Origin: a virus
Lineage: Duplodnaviria; Heunggongvirae; Uroviricota; Caudoviricetes
DNA: 14,178 nt
Virus record (IMG/VR): IMGVR_UViG_2529293265_000015
Strand: one strand, 5' to 3'
The translations under genes were made by a program, and so were the position numbers. This document shows, in pieces, positions 7,347 to 14,178 of the stretch; within the stretch, counting starts at the first letter, position 1; each line of letters begins with the position of its first letter. Under the pieces are notes generated by a model. That model made no database searches. It saw only the letters and a program-made list of their open reading frames with translations, and was not told where the DNA came from.

Positions 7347-8405
7347 TTATGCTTTCCACTTCAGAACACCCGAATTTCTCGCGTGCATTAAAAAACGAAT
7401 CAGCAACAACAGCTGACTGCCGTGTTTCTCTTCAAAATCTTTTACTCCGGCATGTAGTTCGTTACGGCATTTACGGCATAACGGAATAACAAACAAATCA
7501 TCAGCCTTTGTTCCCATCCCTCCCAGTCCATGACCAATGATGTGATGCGGATCATCTGCCTGATTGCCACACGTCATGCATTTCTGCGTTTTTACCCAGC
7601 GCGTGTATACAGGCATCTCTTCCCGTTGTGATTTCTGGCGCTGGAGATACTGAGCCGGTGACTCCGGATCAACGGCAATGCTGACCACCGTCTTTTCCTG
7701 TGGTGGGTTCTGTTGCTGGTGGACGTGAGGCAGTAACGCAATATTTTTTGTGCGCTGCTTCAGTATGCTGGTGGCTGTCTGCTCTCCCGGTATGATGTCG
7801 CTTTCACTGTACACAGAGCGAATTTTTTCCGCACGCAACCCCAGCGAACGACGTAATACCGCTTCCGGTAGCGCGTCCGCCACCTGATTGCGGACCGCCC
7901 ACCAGGATAATTCAGCCAGAGATAATTCACGCTCCTGCGTACCGCTTATTGCGTGACCGATGACGTCAATCATCCATGCTGACAGGTTTTGATGAGCAAG
8001 TTGCTCGAGTGATTCGGATGTCTGGTCACGCAGCTGGTTGTCGCAGTGCCAGCACAACACCATTGCGCCGGTACCATAACGGTGAATGACGGTTTCGCTG
8101 TGATGATAATCGCCGTGTGGCCACTGGCAGGATTTAATATGGCGCAACAGCCAGTCAGACAATGCACCAGCACCACCAGCAGCACGAATCACCCGTGCGT
8201 TACTGAAAAACGGCAGCAATGTTTTGTCTTCCACCAGCGGCTGGCGAGCGGCAGGAACGACCCCGGACGGCAGATTACGCATGCTTTTTGGTTCCGGCTC
8301 CACCAGTATTCTGCCGTTATGGAATGCTGACATTGATTCACGGCCTGGCTTAACGATAACCAGACCGAGTTCCGGTACCAGAACAGGTCGAAGTAATACC
8401 CGCAC
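7347..8405 (-). CDS. DUF968 / YdfU-like prophage protein (352 aa)
   Basis: GTG start preceded by GGAGG. C-terminal Cys/His-rich segment CMTCGNQADDPHHIIGHGLGG...PLCRKCRNELH (HNH-like). Same position as Qin ydfU, upstream of the Q region. Confidence 0.6.
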   Translation of the reverse strand: MRVLLRPVLVPELGLVIVKPGRESMSAFHNGRILVEPEPKSMRNLPSGVVPAARQPLVEDKTLLPFFSNARVIRAAGGAGALSDWLLRHIKSCQWPHGDYHHSETVIHRYGTGAMVLCWHCDNQLRDQTSESLEQLAHQNLSAWMIDVIGHAISGTQERELSLAELSWWAVRNQVADALPEAVLRRSLGLRAEKIRSVYSESDIIPGEQTATSILKQRTKNIALLPHVHQQQNPPQEKTVVSIAVDPESPAQYLQRQKSQREEMPVYTRWVKTQKCMTCGNQADDPHHIIGHGLGGMGTKADDLFVIPLCRKCRNELHAGVKDFEEKHGSQLLLLIRFLMHARNSGVLKWKA

Positions 8406-8406
8406 A

Positions 8407-8685
8407 TTACCTCCAGATCCGTTGCTGGAATGTGCGGGACGGACGCGTTGGCCGTTCGGAGTAAGGGAGCCTGACGGAGATTATCCAGTGACGGTAGTCG
8501 AGGCTAAGGGCTTTTTTAACCTCGCATCCGCGCCTGCGGTAACACTGAATGAGCCATTCGGCCTGTTCTTCAGTGCATGGGGGATGCTGGTACCAATCAG
8601 ATTTAAATGCGTGAGAGCGCCGCCCGTGCCTGCTGGCAAAGACGGCTGAATTATCAGAATTGTGTAGTCTGGAATTTTGCGCCAT
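8407..8685 (-). CDS. Hypothetical protein (92 aa), translationally coupled to the DUF968 gene
   Basis: ATG with SD GGAGAAA about 6 nt upstream; its stop lies in the SD region of the downstream gene. Family not recognised. Confidence 0.4.
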   Translation of the reverse strand: MAQNSRLHNSDNSAVFASRHGRRSHAFKSDWYQHPPCTEEQAEWLIQCYRRRGCEVKKALSLDYRHWIISVRLPYSERPTRPSRTFQQRIWR

Positions 8686-8751
8686 CGGCTTTCTCCGGTG
8701 GCACAGTGTTACTCAACAGGGGTTCAGCCCTGCGCTGAATTGTAGATGAAT

Positions 8752-9012
8752 TCACTCATCTTCAAAAGCAGAAAAACCAGCCTTAATCCCAGCTTCTTTC
8801 AGAGACGGCAACGATGTGACAAATTCATTTGCACGCGAAATAAAACCATCCGTCACAAGCCCATCCACAAAATGAATTAACGCAGCTCCACTCTTCCTTT
8901 GTTGAGACTGTAAACATTTAATACGGCAGTGGCTGACAATAGCGCCATTCTCAACGCGCACAGTATAGAGGCCATCTTCACTAAAAATTTCACGTAATTC
9001 TTCGATTTTCAT
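8752..9012 (-). CDS. Hypothetical protein (86 aa)
   Basis: Likely real start is the ATG at 9010..9012 (SD GGAAGGA upstream), one codon inside the track ORF's TTG. Occupies the position of rem in Qin; identity not established. Confidence 0.45.
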   Translation of the reverse strand: MKIEELREIFSEDGLYTVRVENGAIVSHCRIKCLQSQQRKSGAALIHFVDGLVTDGFISRANEFVTSLPSLKEAGIKAGFSAFEDE

Positions 9013-9140
9013 CAACAGAATCCTTCCAGATAAATAGCACTCCCCTGTTCGGGGTCCATCCCTCTTCTCCCTGCGCGCTACTTAAGTATTTTTGATTCTA
9101 TTCCGGCACCATCTAAAACTTCAAACGCGTTGAAAATAAA

Positions 9141-9163
9141 AACAAAAACCCGCCGAAGCGGGT
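9141..9163 (-). terminator. Intrinsic terminator of the hok transcript
   Basis: On the minus strand: ACCCGC-uucg-GCGGGU (UUCG tetraloop) followed by UUUUUGUUUUUAUUUU. Confidence 0.7.
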
Positions 9164-9232
9164 TAAGTGTGGGTGCATTGAGGATGCCTGACCCATCAGA
9201 GGTGGCGAGGGATTTCTCCCCCGCCTGGTCTC

Positions 9233-9388
9233 TTACTCCTCAGGTTCGTAAGCTGTGAAGACAGCGACCTCCGTCTGGCCGGTTCGAATTCGTACCTCGC
9301 AGAGGTCTTTCCTCGTTACCAGTGCCGTCACTATGACGGTTAAACAGATGACGATCAGGGCGATTAACATCGCCTTTTGCTGCTTCAT
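9233..9388 (-). CDS. hokD: Hok-family type I toxin, HokD/RelF-like (51 aa)
   Basis: MKQQKAMLIALIVICLTVIVTALVTRKDLCEVRIRTGQTEVAVFTAYEPEE is a single-TM Hok-family peptide; by recall it matches E. coli HokD (RelF). SD AAGGAG lies 7 nt upstream of the internal ATG at 9386..9388. The track ORF 9233..9445 is an in-frame upstream extension. Confidence 0.85.
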   Translation of the reverse strand: MKQQKAMLIALIVICLTVIVTALVTRKDLCEVRIRTGQTEVAVFTAYEPEE

Positions 9389-9679
9389 AGCCTGCTTCTC
9401 CTTGCCTTTCGGCACGTAAGAGGCTAACCTAGATTTGCCGTTCATAGATTGAGCCTCAGATTAATGTTAAGCGTCTTGCCGGACGCGTAATGTTAACTGG
9501 GGCTTTTCTCTATCTGCCTTTTGGTGTTCATGCCTGAGACAGATAGCCTCAAGCACCCGCTGCAATTCTACTTAACTCTCCTTTTCCCGCAAACCGTTTT
9601 TATCCCCAGCGGCAAATCGAATACACCACCAGCGCCACCGCCATCGCAATTCCTACCGTTGTTAATGCTTCAGGCCAGG

Positions 9680-10024
9680 TCATCGTAAAATATCCTCCAC
9701 GCTTATCAGTCCGTTCCGCTCCAGATAACTCATCGCCTTATCCGGTAATTTGCAGTCTGGCTTCGCTTTTCTCAGTTGCCAGGTTAACTGCTTTACCAGC
9801 ATGGTTAACTCATCGACCAGACGCTGATATCCCACTGGTTTGTATTCATGCAATTTACCGGCTGGCTCTGCTGCCAGCGATACCAGTGCGATTTCCAGAA
9901 CAGCAATATCCATCTTATATGTGCGGATGATGTCATGGTCGATTGTGCCCGGTATGCACAGTCTCTGTGCTTCAATAGTCTCCTCTGCGTGAGCTATTAA
10001 CTGCTCTCTGGTAAAAGTCGTCAT
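9680..10024 (-). CDS. Hypothetical protein (114 aa), paralog of the upstream 55-aa protein
   Basis: Start ATG overlaps the upstream stop (ATGA); SD AAGGGG. N-terminal half aligns with the 55-aa protein (MTTxTxE... and IALxSLxAEP). Confidence 0.55.
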   Translation of the reverse strand: MTTFTREQLIAHAEETIEAQRLCIPGTIDHDIIRTYKMDIAVLEIALVSLAAEPAGKLHEYKPVGYQRLVDELTMLVKQLTWQLRKAKPDCKLPDKAMSYLERNGLISVEDILR

Positions 10025-10188
10025 GCCGTAGCCCCTTCTTGATATTTTTCAAACCAGAACACAACCGGCTCTGCTTCCAGCGATGCCAGCGCAATCCGTG
10101 CCAGTTCCATTTGTTCACCACGGGTAAGCCCGTTTTCAAGCGGGTTTTTAATGAACAATTCAATACGTTCTTTGGTAATAGTGGTCAT
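10021..10188 (-). CDS. Hypothetical small protein (55 aa), not in the ORF track
   Basis: Hand translation: [55 protein letters not shown]. Strong SD AAGGAG 8 nt upstream; stop overlaps the start of the 114-aa gene. Confidence 0.55.
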   Translation of the reverse strand: MTTITKERIELFIKNPLENGLTRGEQMELARIALASLEAEPVVFWFEKYQEGATA

Positions 10189-10198
10189 GTGTTACTCC

Positions 10199-10397
10199 TT
10201 AACCCGCAGTGCTTTCAACTGATGAGGGGAACAAAATCTTTTCATCAAACCCTGCATTCATATCATGAACAGCAACACACCAATCCATCGACGAACGATT
10301 ATCAAGAGCCTCCATGATTTCATCCATGCGGCGTAGGTCATACAGGTAAATGCTTTTATCGCCAATGGTGTAAAAGCCAATTTTTTTCGGTGATGGA
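10199..10397 (-). pseudogene. 3' fragment of an unknown gene, 5' end removed by the IS600 insertion
   Basis: The reading frame stays open upstream into the IS600 terminus (the track ORF's start codon at 10429 is inside IS600). Ends ...FDEKILFPSSVESTAG. Confidence 0.45.
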
Positions 10398-10440
10398 TGA
10401 GGTGTACTGGCAATAGCGGACACTACCATTTGTTCTTTTT

Positions 10441-11259
10441 TTAAGCAGCCATCTGATGATATTTTTCCCTGAAGGCTGCCGGGGAGATATTCCCCAGACG
10501 AGAGTGACGACGCTGACGATTGTAGAAAATCTCAATGTATTCCCGTATTACTGAGATGGCTTCATCCCGGTTATTAAAACGATAGTGGCTCAGGCTCTCA
10601 TTTTTCAGCGTTCCCCAGAAGCTTTCCATCGGAGCGTTGTCGTAACAGTTACCTTTACGCGACATTGATGTTTTCAGACCAGACTGCTCCTGTATGACCC
10701 GGTAATCGTATGCGCAGTACTGTGAACCTCGATCAGAGTGGTGGATTAGCCCGGCAGGTGGGCGCTGGCTCCTGAGCGCCATAAACAGGGCTTTACCTGT
10801 CAGCTCTTTTGTCATGCGCTCTCCCATGGCGTAGCCGACAATTTCGCACGTATAAACATCTTTGATGCCAGCGAGGTACAACCATCCCTCCTGTGTGGCA
10901 ACATACGTCAGGTCCGCCACCCAGACCTGATTTGGTGCTGTAGGAGCGAACGTCTGGTTCAGCAGATTTGGCGCAACTGGCAGATTGTGGTTCGAGTTCG
11001 TAGTCGCTCTGAACTTGCGTTTCTGCTTACAGTGTAGCCTTAGCTCCTTACGAAGACGTGCCAGTCGGTCACGACCAACGATGATGCCATTCTCTGCCAG
11101 CTCCGTCTGGAGCCGCCGGGTTCCATATGTTTCGCGAGTGCGGATATGTGCCACCTTAATCTCCAGTTTTAGCCGCTCATCACTTTGTTTTCTGTCTGAG
11201 GGTTCATGCTGTACCCAGTTGTAATAACCGCTCCTGGATACACCAAATACCTGACACAT
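10441..11259 (-). CDS. IS600 OrfB (transposase catalytic domain), expressed as OrfAB by -1 frameshift
   Basis: 272-aa frame with the integrase/DDE-type core (...HSDRGSQYCAYDY...NAPMESFWGTLKNE...). The orfB frame runs upstream to overlap the orfA 3' end. Confidence 0.85.
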   Translation of the reverse strand: MCQVFGVSRSGYYNWVQHEPSDRKQSDERLKLEIKVAHIRTRETYGTRRLQTELAENGIIVGRDRLARLRKELRLHCKQKRKFRATTNSNHNLPVAPNLLNQTFAPTAPNQVWVADLTYVATQEGWLYLAGIKDVYTCEIVGYAMGERMTKELTGKALFMALRSQRPPAGLIHHSDRGSQYCAYDYRVIQEQSGLKTSMSRKGNCYDNAPMESFWGTLKNESLSHYRFNNRDEAISVIREYIEIFYNRQRRHSRLGNISPAAFREKYHQMAA

Positions 11260-11294
11260 CGCTTCAATGGGAAATTGTTGTCGCCATTGTTCGA

Positions 11295-11597
11295 TTAACG
11301 CGTATTTTTCAGCGACTCCTGTGCAAAATACGCTGTTGCTTTTTTTAATATATCTCGCTCAAGGCGAGCTTCATTTAACGCCTTACGCAGTTGCAGAATT
11401 TCAGATTCCAGTTCAGCCACCGTGCGGGAACCAGGAGTACCGAGCCCTTTTCTGGCGGCGGTAACCCATTGTCCTAAAGTGCCTTCAGGAAGAGATAATC
11501 GGGAAGCGCCTTCACTGATCGAAAGTTGATTTTCAGGAACCGTTCTGACAGCTTCGGCTTTGAACTCTTTAGAGTAACGTTGGGTTTTTCTGCTCAT
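11295..11597 (-). CDS. IS600 OrfA (100 aa)
   Basis: MSRKTQRYSKEFKAEAVRTV...LERDILKKATAYFAQESLKNTR, recognised from memory as IS600 ORF1. Confidence 0.85.
   Translation of the reverse strand: MSRKTQRYSKEFKAEAVRTVPENQLSISEGASRLSLPEGTLGQWVTAARKGLGTPGSRTVAELESEILQLRKALNEARLERDILKKATAYFAQESLKNTR
11339..11346 (-). other. Programmed -1 ribosomal frameshift site of IS600
   Basis: AAAAAAAG on the minus strand, at the end of orfA where the orfB frame overlaps. Confidence 0.6.
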
Positions 11598-11661
11598 TAT
11601 TAGCTCCTTCTGATGCCATTCTATTTCAGGAAGGAGTGTCCGTTAAACTCAGGCTACCTCA

Positions 11662-12051
11662 AAAATTAAAGGGCAGGTTGTTGAACTTGTACGTCTGAGC
11701 GGTCGCGAGACGTTGCGGCAACTGGAAGCCAAGACAGGTGCGACAAGATATCTGATGAGTGTTCTCGCCAGAGAGCTGGTTGCCAGTGGCGATGTATACA
11801 ACTCTGGTTACGGGTTATTCCCGTCTGAACAGGCGCGTAAGGACTGGCAAAACGCCCGCAAAAAACTCTCAAGGGCAAATCTGAAGAAACCATCTGTGGT
11901 TGATCCTGACCTTATCTGGTCATTACCAGACGGAGAAATACGCCGCTACGACAGGCGTCAAAACATAATCTGTAGCGAGTGCCGGAAGAGCGAAGCTATG
12001 CAGCGTGTACTGGCTTTCTATCAGGGTAATTTTCAGAAGGTGCTGTTGTGA
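11662..12051 (+). pseudogene. Unknown gene, 5'-truncated by IS600 (at least 129 codons remain)
   Basis: The plus-strand frame is open from the IS600 boundary (SKIKGQVVELVRLSGRETLRQLEAKTGATRYLMSV...QGNFQKVLL) to the stop at 12049..12051. The track places a TTG start at 11713; the first in-frame ATG is at 11755. Confidence 0.45.
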
Positions 12052-12178
12052 GCCAAATTAACAATCGGAACTTCGTGAAGAGAAAGCATAATCCAAAATC
12101 TGAATAATTAAGTTCAGCACTGTGGTGATGCTGCCAACTTACTGATTTAGTGTATGATGGTGTTTTTGAGGTGCTCCA

Positions 12179-12454
12179 GTGGCTTCTGTTTCTATCAGCT
12201 GTCCCTCCTGTTCAGCTACTGACGGGGTGGTGCGTAACAGCAAAAGCACTGCCGGACATCAGCGCTATCTCTGCTCTCACTGCCGTAAAACATGGCAACT
12301 GCAGTTCACTTACACCGCTTCTCAACCCGGTACGCACCAGAAAATCATTGATATGGCCATGAATGGCGTTGGATGCCGGGCAACTGCACGCATTATGGGC
12401 GTTGGCCTCAACACGATTTTACGTCACTTAAAAAACTCAGGCCGCAGTCGGTAA
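12179..12454 (+). CDS. insA: IS1 InsA (91 aa)
   Basis: [20 protein letters not shown]...[12 protein letters not shown] with a GTG start. Confidence 0.85.
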   Translation: MASVSISCPSCSATDGVVRNSKSTAGHQRYLCSHCRKTWQLQFTYTASQPGTHQKIIDMAMNGVGCRATARIMGVGLNTILRHLKNSGRSR

Positions 12455-12876
12455 CCTCGCGCATACAGCCGGGCAGTGACGTCATCGTCTGCGCGGAAAT
12501 GGACGAACAGTGGGGCTATGTCGGGGCTAAATCGCGCCAGCGCTGGCTGTTTTACGCGTATGACAGTCTCCGGAAGACGGTTGTTGCGCACGTATTCGGT
12601 GAACGCACTATGGCGACGCTGGGGCGTCTTATGAGCCTGCTGTCACCCTTTGACGTGGTGATATGGATGACGGATGGCTGGCCGCTGTATGAATCCCGCC
12701 TGAAGGGAAAGCTGCACGTAATCAGCAAGCGATATACGCAGCGAATTGAGCGGCATAACCTGAATCTGAGGCAGCACCTGGCACGGCTGGGACGGAAGTC
12801 GCTGTCGTTCTCAAAATCGGTGGAGCTGCATGACAAAGTCATCGGGCATTATCTGAACATAAAACACTATCAATAA
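12373..12876 (+). CDS. insB: IS1 InsB frame (expressed as InsAB' by -1 frameshift)
   Basis: 167-aa frame ...[21 protein letters not shown]...[18 protein letters not shown]; the A6C slippery motif ttaaaaaactc is present. Confidence 0.85.
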   Translation: MPGNCTHYGRWPQHDFTSLKKLRPQSVTSRIQPGSDVIVCAEMDEQWGYVGAKSRQRWLFYAYDSLRKTVVAHVFGERTMATLGRLMSLLSPFDVVIWMTDGWPLYESRLKGKLHVISKRYTQRIERHNLNLRQHLARLGRKSLSFSKSVELHDKVIGHYLNIKHYQ

Positions 12877-12899
12877 GTTGGAGTCATTACCTACATCGG

Positions 12900-13671
12900 G
12901 GTGATGCTGCCAACTTACTGATTTAGTGTATGATGGTGTTTTTGAGGTGCTCCAGTGGCTTCTGTTTCTATCAGCTGTCCCTCCTGTTCAGCTACGGACG
13001 GGGTGGGTGCGTAACAGACAAAAGCACTGCCGGACATCAGCGCTATCTCTGCTCTCACTGACCGTAAAACATGGCAACTGCGGTTCACTTACACCGCTTC
13101 TCAACCCGGTACGCACCAGAAAATCATTGATATGGCCATGAATGGCGTTGGATGCCGGGCAACTGCACGCATTATGGGCGTTGGCCTCAACACGTATTTT
13201 ACGTCACTTAAAAACTACAGGCCGCAGTCGGTAACCTCGCGCATACAGCCGGGCAGTGACGTCATCGTCTGCGCGGAAATGGACGAACAGTGGGGCTATG
13301 TCGGGGCTAAATCGCGCCAGCGCTGGCTGTTTTACGCGTATGACAGTCTCCGGAAGACGGTTGTTGCGCACGTATTCGGTGAACGCACTATGGCGACGCT
13401 GGGGCGTCTTATGAGCCTGCTGTCACCCTTTGACGTGGTGATATGGATGACGGATGGCTGGCCGCTGTATGAATCCCGCCTGAAGGGAAAGCTGCACGTA
13501 ATCAGCAAGCGATATACGCAGCGAATTGAGCGGCATAACCTGAATCTGAGGCAGCACCTGGCACGGCTGGGACGGAAGTCGCTGTCGTTCTCAAAATCGG
13601 TGGAGCTGCATGACAAAGTCATCGGGCATTATCTGAACATAAAACACTATCAATAAGTTGGAGTCATTACC
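12900..13671 (+). mobile_element. IS1, degenerate 772-bp copy, in tandem with the first (8-bp spacer tacatcgg)
   Basis: Same terminal sequences as copy 1, but several indels and substitutions in the insA region and at the frameshift window. Confidence 0.85.
13132..13656 (+). pseudogene. Truncated InsA'-InsB fusion frame in degenerate IS1 copy 2
   Basis: Indels (cacgtattttacg...ttaaaaactacagg versus cacgattttacg...ttaaaaaactcagg) put the insA 3' part and insB in one DNA frame, while the insA 5' part carries frameshifts. Confidence 0.6.
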
Positions 13672-13714
13672 CGGCACTGTAAATAAAATTTAATCCTTAA
13701 CTGGAGGTATATCT

Positions 13715-13927
13715 ATGTCAAATACACAGAAAATTATTAACACTGAAAAATATAACGAGTGGGTGAAAAAATTCTCTGAGCAGATTTTTAAAATTACTGG
13801 CGACGAGAATGTGGCAAAAAATGAATTAGAACCGTGGACACCTGAAGGAAACGCACCAAATTATTGCTGGTGGGAGGTTGATCCGGTTGATGCTGCAAAT
13901 GAAGCCATGAGTTACCACAACGATTAA
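13715..13927 (+). CDS. Hypothetical acidic small protein (70 aa)
   Basis: ATG preceded by SD ctGGAGGtatatct. AT-rich; sequence MSNTQKIINTEKYNEWVKKFSEQIF...EPWTPEGNAPNYCWWEVDPVDAANEAMSYHND. Family not recognised. Confidence 0.5.
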   Translation: MSNTQKIINTEKYNEWVKKFSEQIFKITGDENVAKNELEPWTPEGNAPNYCWWEVDPVDAANEAMSYHND

Positions 13928-13959
13928 TGTCGGGAGGCCGCCCGAAAGGGCGGTAAGAA

Positions 13960-14178
13960 ATGACTACATTATTCAGAAAAGAATATCCGCAAAAAAGTAG
14001 GGCGACAGAATTTTTGTTTCTCATTCTGTTTATCGTATTGATGATACCGATATCCCCTCTAATTTTTGTCTGGGCAATCGGGAAAATAATTGAGCCAGTT
14101 ACTGAATTGTATACCGACGTTGTATGGGCGTCGTTCAACACACTGCACAATAAAATTAATCCGTATAAGGAAAACTGA
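13960..14178 (+). CDS. Hypothetical small membrane protein (72 aa, one predicted TM helix)
   Basis: ATG at 13960 with a weak SD (taagaa). Hydrophobic core FLFLILFIVLMIPISPLIFVWAIG; stop at the window end. A GC-rich hairpin with GAAA loop (ggccgccc-gaaa-gggcgg) separates it from the upstream gene. Confidence 0.45.
   Translation: MTTLFRKEYPQKSRATEFLFLILFIVLMIPISPLIFVWAIGKIIEPVTELYTDVVWASFNTLHNKINPYKEN

Larger units (their letters stand above)
10398..11661 (-). mobile_element. IS600 (IS3 family), complete 1264-bp copy
   Basis: Terminal inverted repeats TGAGGTAGCCTGAGTTTAACGGACACT (minus-strand reading from 11661) and tgaggtgtactggcaatagcggacact (10398..). Contains orfA and orfB with an A7G slippery site. 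Flanking 3-bp sequences are gga and aaa, so there is no target-site duplication. Confidence 0.9.
12124..12891 (+). mobile_element. IS1, intact 768-bp copy
   Basis: Terminal sequences GGTGATGCTGCCAACTTACTGAT... and ...AAGTTGGAGTCATTACC. insA and insB are both intact. Confidence 0.9.

Noticed and set aside
7970-8649. ORFs 7970..8185 (-), 8046..8330 (+), 8189..8407 (-) and 8224..8649 (+)
   Set aside because: They overlap the DUF968 gene or the coupled 92-aa gene in other frames or on the other strand, without ribosome-binding sites.
9972-10317. ORFs 9972..10163 (-) and 10039..10317 (+)
   Set aside because: They overlap the ribosome-binding-site-supported 55-aa and 114-aa genes in other frames or on the other strand.
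12150-13141. ORFs 12150..12362 (+), 12552..12842 (-), 12926..13141 (+) and 13332..13622 (-) inside the IS1 copies
   Set aside because: They are wrong-frame or antisense ORFs within IS1; the true IS1 frames are insA and insB.
13794-14150. 118-aa minus-strand ORF at the window end
   Set aside because: It is antisense to two same-strand small genes with proper starts and is AT-rich low-complexity sequence; judged less likely than the plus-strand pair, though not excluded.

Overview
The window reads as a decayed lambdoid (Qin-like / Stx-phage-like backbone) cryptic prophage segment of an Escherichia/Shigella-type genome, bracketed and cut by insertion sequences. All calls are from reading the sequence and recalling protein families from memory; no database search was run. 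The prophage genes are all on the minus strand, in this order from high to low coordinate: two paralogous small proteins, a Hok-family type I toxin (hokD-like), two small hypothetical proteins, a DUF968/YdfU-like protein, RusA resolvase, antiterminator Q, a lambda-like late promoter pR' with its terminator tR', a small HTH-like protein, a solitary beta-class DNA methyltransferase, three rare-codon tRNAs (Ile2/Met-CAU, Arg-UCG, Arg-UCU), about 1 kb of non-coding DNA made of two diverged tandem modules, a NanS-p-type sialate O-acetylesterase, an S21-like pinholin and a YdfR-like protein. No Shiga toxin genes, endolysin or Rz are present. Left of the lysis remnant lies a phased GATC tandem-repeat array and a truncated IS600 copy. 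A complete IS600 (10398..11661, no target-site duplication) ends the prophage on the right, followed by a 5'-truncated plus-strand ORF, a tandem IS1 dimer, and an AT-rich pair of small genes. The most unusual candidates are the duplicated non-coding modules at the canonical stx position, the GATC-phased repeat array, the paralogous small-protein pair where Qin carries relBE, and the terminal AT-rich two-gene cassette.
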